The translations under genes were made by a program, and so were the position numbers. The notes under the pieces are model-generated. The model had not been told where the DNA came from. It searched no databases and saw only the letters and a program-made list of their open reading frames with translations. A stretch of DNA of 64,000 nt from Acidobacteriota bacterium (lineage in GTDB: Bacteria; Acidobacteriota; UBA890; WLXD01). Shown in pieces: positions 9,705-19,436 of this stretch (positions within the stretch are counted from its first letter, which is position 1; every line of letters starts with the position of its first letter). Location: positions 1,888,001 through 1,952,000 of the forward strand of contig CBDBHB010000009.1 of NCBI GenBank assembly GCA_965205505.1, given 5' to 3'.

Positions 9705-10748
9705 TCATGCTGCTGAAACCTCTACAGGTGCGCGCAACGGTTCGTACTCGTCTCCACTCAGCCACAGTCGGTGCAGCACAACGGCGAGCTTACGGGCGAC
9801 AGCAACTGCTGCCTTTTTGTTGCCATGAGGACCACCGCGTCCGGCCAGCTTGAGCCCCCAGCGTCTGAGCTCAGTATCGGGCCCGAAGGGGCCCAGGATG
9901 TAATGCGCCGAGCCCACCAACAGGCGTCGGAGCATTTTGTCGCCCGCCTTGGTTATTCGTAGCGCAGGGTCCTTGTCCCCCGACTGCCGTTTCTTCGGTC
10001 TCAGTCCCAGGTACGGGCCCACGGCTCTGGAGGTATTGAACCGTTCCGGCTCCTCGAGCGTCAGCACATACGCCAGTGCGGTCAGAGCTCCGACCCCGGC
10101 CACTTGCTGGAGCTGCTGTGTCTCCGGGTATCGCCCCTGGCACAGCTGCACGATCTGACGCTCGTATTGCTGGATGTTGCCCGTCAGCATGGCGATCGTT
10201 TCAAGCACCGGCTCGAGCGCTCCCTTGAGCCGCTCCGGTATGTGCTCTGGCGCGGTGCGCGCGAACGCCGGCGTCGAGCACCTGGGAATACGACAACCGG
10301 CCGACTTGACCGCACCACGCACATGGCTCACCAACTGCGTGCGGCTCTTTACCAGAGCATCTCGGCTCCGAATCACGGCTAGATCCGCTCGCGCTTGTCT
10401 GCCTCGATGCTGCACCGTCTTAAGCAGCTTTGGGTCCATTCTGCCCACTCGTGCCAGGTGCTCGGCATCCAACCGGTCGGTCCGTGCTCGCCATAGATCA
10501 GCTTCAGCCGCCTCGGGTTAGCCACCAGCACCTCATGACCCAGTTGCTTCAACTGCTCACTCATCCACGGCGAGTGCGTTCCAACCTCCAGCACTAACTC
10601 GAGCGGGCTCCTCGCACCCGAACCGCCTCGCCAGCCCCTCCGGGCTCGTCCTCACCCGCCCTTCCTCCATCACCCTGCCCTTACTGTCGAGCACGCACAT
10701 ACGGCTGTACCGGTCGCTTACGTCCAGTCCAATCGTTACACTCCTCAT
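9705..10748 (-). pseudogene. IS110 transposase (DEDD RuvC-like plus Tnp20 domain) with two frameshifts, near 10597 and 10487
   Basis: IGLDVS / LEVGTHS / TDRLDAEHLA / GVGALTA / YLGLRP..RQSG...ITKAG / AVARKLAV are spread over three frames. Confidence 0.92.
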
Positions 10749-10845
10749 CGGCCAACCTCCTTGGGCTTCGAGCCCGTTACGTTTGAAGAAACGTTTGCAG
10801 AGCCGTCAGGCTACTGCGTTCAGGAGGTTGGCCTTCTCATCTCAT

Positions 10846-11292
10846 CTAGAAGGGGATGTCGTCATCGTTGATGGGGGCGTCGCCACCACCACCGCTACCG
10901 ACAGCGTCACCGTCAGCGCCGCCGCCCGCCGGGCCGGGGTCACCGTAGTCGCCGCCTCCACCACTAGCGGCGCGGCCGAGCAGCTGGATGTTATCGGCGA
11001 CGACCTCCGTCGTGTAGCGCGTGTTGCCGTCGCGATCCTCCCACTGGCGTGTCTGCAGACGACCCTCGATGTACAGCTGCTTCCCCTTGTTGGCGTACTG
11101 GTTCACGATTTCGGCCGTGCGTGCCCAAGCGACGCACCGGTGCCACTCCGTCTGCTCCTGCTGGTTGCCGTCGCGATCCTTGTACCGGCGGCTCGTGGCA
11201 AGCGAGAAGTTGGCCACGGCGGTGCCGCTTGCCGTGTAGCGCAGCTCGGGGTCTCTACCCACGTTTCCCAACAGGATGACCTTGTTAACCAT
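10846..11292 (-). CDS. ssb: Single-stranded DNA-binding protein
   Basis: MVNKVILLGNVGRDPE...TEWHR...IEGRLQTRQW...DDDIPF. Confidence 0.97.
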   Translation of the reverse strand: MVNKVILLGNVGRDPELRYTASGTAVANFSLATSRRYKDRDGNQQEQTEWHRCVAWARTAEIVNQYANKGKQLYIEGRLQTRQWEDRDGNTRYTTEVVADNIQLLGRAASGGGGDYGDPGPAGGGADGDAVGSGGGGDAPINDDDIPF

Positions 11293-11444
11293 ATCGCCCC
11301 CTAAAAGTACCCGCTGTTAGGCGCCACGCGATGATGAGAAGGCCATGCGGCGCCGGAATTCCGAGCACGAAAGTGTCGACTCTGGCCGGGCTCCGCGCAA
11401 GTCGCAGCCGCGCGGTGTGCGTCGCTGACAAACCAAACTCCCGA

Positions 11445-11942
11445 TCAGCGCTTCTGCAGGATCACAGAAATCCCGGTATGGCCAATCCACCACTCAGTCG
11501 CGTTGCCCTGCAACGTGACCCTGACTTGCAGGTCGACGTTGCCTGGCGAGAACTCGTAGGGGACGGTCATGCTGGCCATCACCCACCCGTCGTCGTCGGT
11601 GGCGGTCTCGTTGCCGGAGCAGAAGGCATCGTCCGTGTTGTCACTCTGGCCGATCGTACTGCCGTTGACAATGATGTCGATTGAGACCCAGTCCGCCACA
11701 TCGCCCTCGACGCTGCATTCTGCACTGAATGTGATGACCCCGTGTCCGCTCCTGCCGACATTGAACTGCAGCGTGTCGCCCACGGCGTTGCCGTTGAGAT
11801 CGGTACCAAGATCGATCAGCGCGTCGGCGTTACCAAGCTGGTTGTCCAGGGAGGTAGCGCCGTAGATGCGAGTCGCTCAGCCCGCCGAGGCGAAGCACAG
11901 TACCAGGGTCAGCGACAGGCTGACCACCCCGAGTCTCTTCAT
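11445..11942 (-). pseudogene. Secreted beta-rich protein, paralog of 12158-12655, with in-frame TGA at codon 22
   Basis: MKRLGVVSLSLTLVLCFASAG*ATRIYGAT...AECSV...FCSGN...DGWVMASMT...WWIG...LQKR; same 498-nt length as the paralog. Confidence 0.8.
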
Positions 11943-12157
11943 TAGGAGACCTCCTGCGCGTCGAGTTTCAGCAAACCGGTCCCAGTCTAGGCAACAGCAC
12001 AGTAAGCCGGCCCGCCACACCGCGAAACGAGAGTGACCGGACGGTAGTCCGTCACATCGATCGTCGCAAGGAGTTGGCTGGCCGTGTGCCGGCCGTGTCG
12101 GGCTCCAGCGGCGAATTGCACCGGGGCCGCGCGGTGAATCTCAGGCCGCCGCCCGCG

Positions 12158-12655
12158 TCAACGTTTCTGGACGAGGACCGTAAGCGCCAGGTCGCCGATC
12201 CACCACCCTGCGGCCCCCCCGGAGGGCGTCACCTGGATCTGCAGGTCGTAGTTGCCGGCAGCGAGCTCCACCGGGGCGGTCATGCTGGCCATCACCCACC
12301 CGTCGTTGAACCCGGCAAAGCCATTGCCCGAGCAGAACGTATCCTGATCGCCCCGGCTGGGCCTCAGAGCGTCGCCGTTTACGAGCAACTCGATGCTCAC
12401 CCATTGTTGCTCGGTGCCGTCGACGGCGCATTCGGCGGTGAAGGTGATGATGACCGCGCCGTCTTCCTTCAGATCGAAGGCGAGGGTGTTACCAATATCG
12501 TTGTCACCGATGTCCGCGCCCAAGTCCAGGAGGCTCTGGACGGTCCCCATCTGATTACCGGGGTTCGTGGCGCCGAAGATTCGCACTGCCCATGCGGCCG
12601 ACGCCATCGTCAGCACTAGGGCCATGGCCAGAGCCAGGGTTGGCAATCGCTTCAT
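12158..12655 (-). CDS. Secreted hypothetical beta-rich protein with two Cys
   Basis: Signal peptide MKRLPTLALAMALVLTMASAAWA; strong similarity to the tandem paralog. Confidence 0.75.
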   Translation of the reverse strand: MKRLPTLALAMALVLTMASAAWAVRIFGATNPGNQMGTVQSLLDLGADIGDNDIGNTLAFDLKEDGAVIITFTAECAVDGTEQQWVSIELLVNGDALRPSRGDQDTFCSGNGFAGFNDGWVMASMTAPVELAAGNYDLQIQVTPSGGAAGWWIGDLALTVLVQKR

Positions 12656-12678
12656 AGGCGACGTCATCGTGGCGGCGA

Positions 12679-13518
12679 TCATTGCTCGCAAGTGCCGGGA
12701 CGCTGGAGACCTAGCACGCGCAGCTGGCCGCAGGCCAGGAACGCTGCGTCGCTGTCTCCGTACGCTTGAATCAGCCGTCGGAACGACTCTGCAGCGGCTC
12801 GCTCGCGGCCCTCTTCCTTGAGAATCAGCCCGTCGTTGAGCATGGCGTCGGGTACTAGCTCGCTGTTCGGATGGTCGCGGACCACCGACTGGAACGCCGT
12901 GTGAGCCGCCGAGAGCTGACCGCGCTCTCGCTCGCACATGCCGATCCAGTATCGGGCGTTGTCGGCGCGATCCGACGAGACGTAACGGCGCATGTACTCC
13001 TCAAACCCCTGCACGCACAGTTCCCAATTCTCTCGTAGGTAGTCGTTGTAGGCGCTATTGTACAGCGTGGTGGCGGCACTTTGCTGGGAAGCGGTTGGCT
13101 CCTCGGCAGTGGTCGCGAGGGCTCCACGCGGGGGCGGCATCGCGGTACCCGTGAGCGTCGCCTCGGAAGGGGGGCCGCCGCCGGCTGCGAGCTGCTCGGT
13201 GAGGCGTGCGATCCGTGCGTTCATTTCGGCCACCTCGGCTTCGAGGGCGGTGACCTCGCGTTCCACCGAGCGCAGGTCCTCGCCGCGGTCGGCGGATTGC
13301 GTGCGGAGCGGCTGCAGCGAATTGTCGAGCTCCTGCCGCACTTGTACCAGCCGAGCGGTGATGTTCTGCTGCGCGGTTTGCAGGTCGGCGACCTGCGCCT
13401 CCACGGCGGCCTGACGTGACTCGATGTTCGCGAGGCGCTGCTCGCCCGACGCGCAGGCGGAGGCAAGGGCAAGGAGTGCAACCGAGGAAACCAGCAAGCT
13501 CAGTCGTTTCATTTTCAC
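12679..13518 (-). CDS. cpoB: Tol-Pal associated TPR lipoprotein CpoB/YbgF
   Basis: Lipobox, coiled coil, then LYNSAY...ADNARYWIG...PDAML; directly downstream of pal. Confidence 0.85.
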   Translation of the reverse strand: MKMKRLSLLVSSVALLALASACASGEQRLANIESRQAAVEAQVADLQTAQQNITARLVQVRQELDNSLQPLRTQSADRGEDLRSVEREVTALEAEVAEMNARIARLTEQLAAGGGPPSEATLTGTAMPPPRGALATTAEEPTASQQSAATTLYNSAYNDYLRENWELCVQGFEEYMRRYVSSDRADNARYWIGMCERERGQLSAAHTAFQSVVRDHPNSELVPDAMLNDGLILKEEGRERAAAESFRRLIQAYGDSDAAFLACGQLRVLGLQRPGTCEQ

Positions 13519-13596
13519 CCTTGCTTCCCGTGCCGCAGCCTCGAACAGAAACGGCGGGCGGGAGCTCGTCGCGCCCGCCCGCCGCTGCCGAACCTG

Positions 13597-14190
13597 TTAC
13601 TCGTTCGTCTGGCCTGCCGAGGTGGCCACGAACTCGCCGCGGCGGTTCTGCGACCAGTTCTGCTCACCCTCTCCCATAACCGCGGGGCGCTCTTCACCGT
13701 ACGAAACGATCTCGACGCGGTTGGCGCCGATGCCGAGCGAGACGATGTAGTCGCGCGTTGCCGCAGCGCGGCGGTCGCCGAGCGCGAGGTTGTACTCGCG
13801 CGTACCACGCTCGTCACAGTGGCCTTCGATCAGGACTGCGACGTCGGCATGCTCACGCAGCCAATCAGCGTTCGCCTGGAGCGTGGCCCGCTGGTCGCTG
13901 CGAATCTCATCCTTGTCGTAATCGAAGTAGATCGGCTTGAGCAGCCGGCGTCGGTTGATCTCCTCTGCCGACAAGAAGGTCTGCTCGGGAGCATCAGCCT
14001 CTTCCCAGTCGCCGGTCTGGGCTGGCTCAGTTGGGGCAGCCGGCGCGGCGGGGGCCGGAGCCTCCGGCATCGGCTCGGGTGTTGGCGCGGGCGGGGCGTT
14101 TTTGCTGCATGCGGGCAGTGCAACGACCACGGCCGCGAGCGCGATTAAAGCGAGTCGCTTCGCGGGGCTGGGCATCGTGGTTTCCTCCAT
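13597..14190 (-). CDS. pal: Peptidoglycan-associated lipoprotein
   Basis: LPAC lipobox, IYFDYD, IEGHCDERGTREYNLALGDRRA, SYGEERP, NRR. Confidence 0.96.
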   Translation of the reverse strand: MEETTMPSPAKRLALIALAAVVVALPACSKNAPPAPTPEPMPEAPAPAAPAAPTEPAQTGDWEEADAPEQTFLSAEEINRRRLLKPIYFDYDKDEIRSDQRATLQANADWLREHADVAVLIEGHCDERGTREYNLALGDRRAAATRDYIVSLGIGANRVEIVSYGEERPAVMGEGEQNWSQNRRGEFVATSAGQTNE

Positions 14191-14221
14191 GCGATGGCCG
14201 CGTTTCGTTAGGGGCGGGCCA

Positions 14222-15583
14222 TTAGGGGCGGGTTCCCCAAGTCGGGGTCAGATTGTTACCTGCGTTCGTCAGCATACGCTGCCGCGAGCCGTCAAAGCCC
14301 ATGGCCCAGATCTGTGTGCTGGGACCCTGAGCCCACTCGAAGGTCAGCTGTCGCCCATCGGGCGACCAGGCCGGTGCCTCCTTGCGGCCGCGACCGCGCG
14401 TTAGCTGATGGACGCGATCGGTCGTGAGATCGTACACGAAAATGTCGAAATTGTTACCACCAGTCGAGGCGGTAAAGGCGATAAGTTCGCCGCGCACCGG
14501 TTGCCACGCTGGATCGTCTTTTTGTCCTCCGGGTGCCGAGAGCCGTCGAGTGTTCAAGCCGGTGGCGTCCATCACGTAGAGCTGTTGGCTGCCGCTGCGG
14601 TCGGAGACGAACACCAATTGCCGCCCGTTCGGCGACCAACCGGGGGATACGTCGCTCGCCGGATTGCGCGTGATCTGCAGCATTCCCTCGCCGTTGGGCT
14701 TGATCACATGGATCTCGGAGTTGCCTCCGCAGCTAGAGGAAAAGGCAATCAGCGTACCGTCGGGGGAGAAAGCCGGGCCGTTGTTCATGCCCCGGCAGGT
14801 AACGAGGGGCCGCGGCTGACCGCCGGTGTTGAGAATGATGTGGACCTCGGCATTCGGAAAGCGGTCGCGCATCATGTAGGTCTGAAACGCGATCCGGTCC
14901 GACTGTGGCGAGAAGGATGGCGACAGCGAAATCGAGGAGTTGTAGGTGATGCGTCGCTGCCGCTCGCCATCGCAGTCCATCAGGTAGATCTCTTTTTGTG
15001 GCGTTCCTGCCGGTGCTTCGCGGTCCGAGACGAACGCGATATAGGAGTTTGCCACCCCCGGCACGCCCGTGTAATTGAGGGCCGTTTCGTCGTTGAACGT
15101 GTGCGCGATGCGCCGCACACGATACGCAGCGTCGGGAGCCGAGAGTCCCTCGGTAGATTGCGAGTAGCGCTTGCCGCTGATCTGTCGGCCGGTGTCGACG
15201 TCGAAGAGCCGGAAATCGGCCACCACGAGCGAGCCCTGCACGCTTACCGATCCCTGGATCAGTCCGCGGGCGTCGGTGCTTTTCCACGCCTGCCACGGTA
15301 TCGGCTCGTTGGGGGCAGCGCTCGGATAAACGCGGGGATCGACGAGATCGAACACCATGGAATTCTGCAGATCGTTCAGTAGGACGGCGTGAATGCGCTG
15401 AGCATGCTCGGCGGCGCCGCTTGCCGCCAGCAATGTCGGCACGGCGACCTTGATTGCGGGGGCGCCGCGTTGGCGGATCTCCAGCTGTACGTCTTGGTCT
15501 TGCGCCGATGCCGCACCGACTACGAGCAAGGACACGATGAGCGGCCACACTGAGTTTCTATTCCGTAACGAAGGCAAGCCCAA
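14222..15583 (-). CDS. tolB: TolB beta-propeller protein (start uncertain)
   Basis: RRIAH, IAFVS, repeated PxF/WSPDG propeller units. Confidence 0.92.
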   Translation of the reverse strand: MGLPSLRNRNSVWPLIVSLLVVGAASAQDQDVQLEIRQRGAPAIKVAVPTLLAASGAAEHAQRIHAVLLNDLQNSMVFDLVDPRVYPSAAPNEPIPWQAWKSTDARGLIQGSVSVQGSLVVADFRLFDVDTGRQISGKRYSQSTEGLSAPDAAYRVRRIAHTFNDETALNYTGVPGVANSYIAFVSDREAPAGTPQKEIYLMDCDGERQRRITYNSSISLSPSFSPQSDRIAFQTYMMRDRFPNAEVHIILNTGGQPRPLVTCRGMNNGPAFSPDGTLIAFSSSCGGNSEIHVIKPNGEGMLQITRNPASDVSPGWSPNGRQLVFVSDRSGSQQLYVMDATGLNTRRLSAPGGQKDDPAWQPVRGELIAFTASTGGNNFDIFVYDLTTDRVHQLTRGRGRKEAPAWSPDGRQLTFEWAQGPSTQIWAMGFDGSRQRMLTNAGNNLTPTWGTRP

Positions 15584-16382
15584 CTCCGAGTGATTGCCCG
15601 TCGTACTCGCGGGGCAGAGGAGGGAATGGAGCAGCGGCCGCGACGGCTCGCATGGCTGCTCGATCGAACGCGGTGTCGCCGGATCCGTCGTCCAATCGTG
15701 GCTGCACGACCAGGCGGCCGTTCCTACCGAGTCTGAAAAACACCTCGGCGCGACGCTGCAGCCCGTAGGGGCCGGTGGGCGGCGGTGACCACTGGGCTGC
15801 GATCAGGTCGCGAATCCGATAAAGGTAGTCGGCGAAGGGAAACTCCTCGACCGTGTAGCCGCTATCGCCGCTTTGGGTGACGTCGATTCCCGTGCGCCGC
15901 GCGTTTTGGCTCTGCGCCGGGGGACGTTGGCCGGCACGCTGTGGCTGTCGACGTGCCTCGTCCTCGCGACGGCGGCGCTCCTCTTCGGCGCGGCGCTGGC
16001 GTTCGAGCTCGGCTTGACGCTGCCGCTCCGCCTCTTCGCGGCGGAGCTGTTCCTCAGCCTCGCGCTCGCGCTGCAGCTCGGCCAGGCTGCGGGGAATGGG
16101 CTCGGGCTCACTGACCACCGGCTGTGCAGGTTCGGGCTCCGCCTCAGCCTCCTCCTGCGGGGCTTCGGCGGGCGTGGCGGGCTCGGCAGCTGGCGGCGGT
16201 AACTGGACGAGCCTCACCGGCGTGAAGCTCATGTCGTAGGCTGGTGCCGGGATGAGCATCGGGCCGAACAGCAGCGTCAGAAACAACGCCAAATGTGTGG
16301 CCGCAGAGCTGATGACGGCAGCGCGAAAGCGCTGCTCGATCACCTGCTCGCTCAATATGGTTTTCTGCTCGGCGTAGCTCAT
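15558..16382 (-). CDS. tolA: TolA/TonB-family energy transducer
   Basis: TM helix with SxxxH, Glu/Arg-rich helix, C-terminal SGDTAFDRAAMRAV..PFPPLP; lies between tolR and tolB. Confidence 0.82.
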   Translation of the reverse strand: MSYAEQKTILSEQVIEQRFRAAVISSAATHLALFLTLLFGPMLIPAPAYDMSFTPVRLVQLPPPAAEPATPAEAPQEEAEAEPEPAQPVVSEPEPIPRSLAELQREREAEEQLRREEAERQRQAELERQRRAEEERRRREDEARRQPQRAGQRPPAQSQNARRTGIDVTQSGDSGYTVEEFPFADYLYRIRDLIAAQWSPPPTGPYGLQRRAEVFFRLGRNGRLVVQPRLDDGSGDTAFDRAAMRAVAAAAPFPPLPREYDGQSLGVGLAFVTE

Positions 16383-16435
16383 GCTGTTAGCTTAGCAAGC
16401 GGCCCGGGGTGGCCGCTCGGCCTGCACACTTCCAC

Positions 16436-16840
16436 CTAGCGGCGCGGGACGGGCTCGGTGACCAGGCCGATGTCGGCTCCCAGGCTCCAGAGAACCTCTA
16501 TGACCGCTACCACGCGCCCGTATTCGCCCGCCCGGTCGCCATACAGCAGAATCGTGCGCCCGGGCGTGATGCGGGGCGACAGGCGGGCTTCCAACTCTTC
16601 GAGCGGCACGGCATCGCCATTCACCAGGATCTGGCCCTGATCGGTGACCGAGATGAAGATCTGCTCTTGCGGAAGGCTGTCCATTATCTGGGTTCGTGGC
16701 AGCCGGACCTCCGCTCCTTGGATCATCATCGGTGCGGTGATCATGAAGACGATCAACAGCACCAGCGCGACGTCGACCAGCGGCGTAACGTTTATCTCCG
16801 AGAGGATGCGGTCATCTTCCTTGAACCAGCTCTGTTTCAT
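16436..16840 (-). CDS. tolR: TolR/ExbD
   Basis: SEINVTPLVDVALVLLIVFMITAP. Confidence 0.93.
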   Translation of the reverse strand: MKQSWFKEDDRILSEINVTPLVDVALVLLIVFMITAPMMIQGAEVRLPRTQIMDSLPQEQIFISVTDQGQILVNGDAVPLEELEARLSPRITPGRTILLYGDRAGEYGRVVAVIEVLWSLGADIGLVTEPVPRR

Positions 16841-17553
16841 CGGCCGCGCTCCGCCTGCCAGGATTTCTGCACCACGTTGAGGAACTCGAGACCGAAATCC
16901 TCCATGTCGCCGCTAAGGCCACGAACGCGCGATAGCAGGTGGTTGTAGGCGATCACTGCAGGAATAGCAGCCGCGAGCCCGGCGGCGGTGGTGATCAACG
17001 CGGCGCTGATGCCGGGCGCGACGACGGCAAGATTGGCGTTGCCGAACCTGCCGATGCTCTCGAAGGCGTTCATGATGCCCCACACCGTGCCGAACAGGCC
17101 GATGAAGGGGGCGGCGGAGCTGGTGGTGGCGAGGAACAACATACCGCGTTCCAGTTGGCGACGCTGTTGATGCGCCGCGCGAGTAAGCGAGCGCTCGAGG
17201 GCCTCCATGTTCATGCGCGAGCTTCCGATTGGCTGGCCGGATTGCGCTGTGCCCTCGAGCTGCGACGAGATCTCACCGTACCCGGTGTCAAATACGCCCG
17301 CCAGAGGCGTGGTTACCAGCTTCTTGGCGGCAGTGCGCACCTGCGAGAACTTCGAGCTGGCGCGGAACACCTCGAGGAACTTGACAGTTTGCTTCTCTGC
17401 CTTTCGATACAGCAGGATGCGATCCACAATCACAGCCCACGAGAGAATCGAGAAGAAACCCAGTACCAGCAGCACTGCGAGGGCGAATGGACCCAGATTG
17501 CGAATGATGCCCAGGACGCCTTCGGACATGAAATCGGCCTGCAACAAGAACAA
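16837..17553 (-). CDS. tolQ: TolQ (MotA/TolQ/ExbB family)
   Basis: APFIGLFGTVWGIM, VVAPGISAALITTAAGLAAAIPAV. Confidence 0.93.
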   Translation of the reverse strand: MFLLQADFMSEGVLGIIRNLGPFALAVLLVLGFFSILSWAVIVDRILLYRKAEKQTVKFLEVFRASSKFSQVRTAAKKLVTTPLAGVFDTGYGEISSQLEGTAQSGQPIGSSRMNMEALERSLTRAAHQQRRQLERGMLFLATTSSAAPFIGLFGTVWGIMNAFESIGRFGNANLAVVAPGISAALITTAAGLAAAIPAVIAYNHLLSRVRGLSGDMEDFGLEFLNVVQKSWQAERGR

Positions 17554-17744
17554 AGATGTCCTCTCAGCGTTCCGAGGTCAGAAGAAGCGTCCGTTTGCCG
17601 AGCCCCCCAGCCGCACCGGACGGCATCAAGCTACCACGATGGTCTGTGTGTGTCATCAATGCGTATCAGCCGTCAGACCGGTCGCGGAACCGATCTTGGG
17701 TCTTCCGGTATATTTGCCGGGCCATCTCATCCCAGGTTCGACCC

Positions 17745-19436
17745 ATGCTGAGCTATTTGCGGATCCGCGACCTCGCGCTGATCGAGGATGTTGCCATCGA
17801 GCCGCCCGCCGGCCTCGTCGCGTTCACCGGTGAGACGGGTGCTGGCAAGTCGATCATTCTGGGCGGGCTGTCGTTGGCCACGGGGAACCGCGCGGCGCTC
17901 GATCAGGTGCGCACCGGGGCGGATTCGGCCACTGTAGAAGCGGTGTTCGACATCACCGGTCGGCCTGACATCGCCGAGTTGCTGGAGCATGAGGAGCTGT
18001 CACCGGAGTCTGGCGAGATTCTTGTTCGCCGCACCCTAGGCAGCCGTTCCAGTCGCGCCTATGTCAACGATCGGCTGGTCACCGTGGGCCTTGTCCACAA
18101 GTTGGGCACGCGCCTTGTGGATATCGCCGGGCAGCACGAGAACCAATCGCTGCTGGCGTCGGCGGCGCAACTCGAGCTGCTCGATCGTTTCGGCGAGCTC
18201 TGCGCACAGCGCCTCGCTGTGGCGAGGGCGTGGGATGAGGCGGTGGATCTGCAACACCGGTCACAGGTGCTGGAGACGGACGATCGCGATCGTGCCCAGC
18301 GCGCCGATTACTTACGCTACCGCGCACAGGAGATCCGCGCCGCCGATCTCGGCGTCGACGACGAGGTGGCGTTGAACGCGGAGCGCCAGCGGCTGCGACA
18401 CGCCGAAGACCTCTCGGCGGCGACCGCGGAGGCGTTGGATGTTCTCTACGAGCGCGAAGAATCGGCGGCAGCTCTCATTCGCCGTGCTCAACTCGTCATC
18501 GAGAGAATTGTCCGGCTCGATACCGGTGCGCCGGCCAGCGGCGATGACGCCGCCGAGGCAGGTTACGCGATCGAGGAGATTGCCCGTTCGCTGCAGACGT
18601 ACCTCGACCTGGTGCAGGTGGACCCGGTGCGGCTCGATGCGGTCGAGGAGCGTCTGGCGACCTTTGATGGTCTACGGCGCAAATACGGCGATCGAATCGA
18701 GGACATCCTGCAGGTAGCCGACGACGCTGAGCACGAGCTCGCCTCGCTCGACAACCGGGATCAGGAGATCGCTGAGCTGGCCGGCCAGGTAAGGCAAGCA
18801 GTACGGGGCTTCGACGAGGCGGCCTCGAACCTGAGCACGCTACGGGCCGAGGCAGCGACGCGACTATCCGAACACATTACTTCGGAGTTGCAGAAGCTTG
18901 GCATGGAGGGAGCCCGTTTTCAGGTTCGGTTGAAGCCTGGCAGCGCCAACGCCGAGGGTGGATTGCCGCCAGGAGCCAGCCGGCGCGGTTATGAAACCGT
19001 CTCGTTTCGCCTCGCCGCTAACCCTGGGGATGCGCTGGGCCAGCTGGTGCGAGTCGCCTCCGGCGGGGAGCTCTCACGCGTGATGCTGGCGCTGAAGCTG
19101 ACGGAAACGCGTCAGGCGCCTGCCCAGACGCTGGTATTCGACGAGATCGATGCCGGGGTAGGTGGGGGTCGCGTTGCCGACCGACTGGCGACGAGGCTGG
19201 TCGAGCTCGGGGCCAGACATCAAGTCCTGGTGGTCACGCATCTGCCGCAAATTGCTGCCCGGGCGACAACGCACTATCGCGTCCGCAAGGCCGAGCGCGA
19301 CGGACGCGTGTGTGTGTCGGCGGCAGCGCTCGACGTCGAGCAGCGCATCGAAGAGCTGGTCCGCATGCTAGGTGGCATCGGTGAATCTCGTAGTGTGCGC
19401 GAGCATGCCCGTAGCCTGCTGGGCGAGCTCACCTAG
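17745..19436 (+). CDS. recN: DNA repair protein RecN
   Basis: TGETGAGKS, ASGGELSRVML, FDEIDAGVGG, THLPQIAA. Confidence 0.96.
   Translation: MLSYLRIRDLALIEDVAIEPPAGLVAFTGETGAGKSIILGGLSLATGNRAALDQVRTGADSATVEAVFDITGRPDIAELLEHEELSPESGEILVRRTLGSRSSRAYVNDRLVTVGLVHKLGTRLVDIAGQHENQSLLASAAQLELLDRFGELCAQRLAVARAWDEAVDLQHRSQVLETDDRDRAQRADYLRYRAQEIRAADLGVDDEVALNAERQRLRHAEDLSAATAEALDVLYEREESAAALIRRAQLVIERIVRLDTGAPASGDDAAEAGYAIEEIARSLQTYLDLVQVDPVRLDAVEERLATFDGLRRKYGDRIEDILQVADDAEHELASLDNRDQEIAELAGQVRQAVRGFDEAASNLSTLRAEAATRLSEHITSELQKLGMEGARFQVRLKPGSANAEGGLPPGASRRGYETVSFRLAANPGDALGQLVRVASGGELSRVMLALKLTETRQAPAQTLVFDEIDAGVGGGRVADRLATRLVELGARHQVLVVTHLPQIAARATTHYRVRKAERDGRVCVSAAALDVEQRIEELVRMLGGIGESRSVREHARSLLGELT

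Larger units (their letters stand above)
9445..10847 (-). mobile_element. IS110-family (IS1111-type) insertion sequence
   Basis: Sub-terminal inverted repeats GAGAAGGCC (9450-9458) / GGCCTTCTC (10830-10838); CT core at 9443-44 and 10846-47; no longer target duplication; long non-coding region downstream of the transposase. Confidence 0.88.

Noticed and set aside
10480-10600. Programmed frameshifting in the IS110 transposase
   Set aside because: There are two separate shifts with no slippery run, and IS110 transposases are normally single ORFs. Decay or sequencing error is more likely.
11877-11879. In-frame TGA as Trp/Sec recoding (also 49713-49715)
   Set aside because: TGA is the normal stop for many genes here (ATGA/GTGA overlaps) and Trp is TGG elsewhere. 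Single transitions explain both cases.
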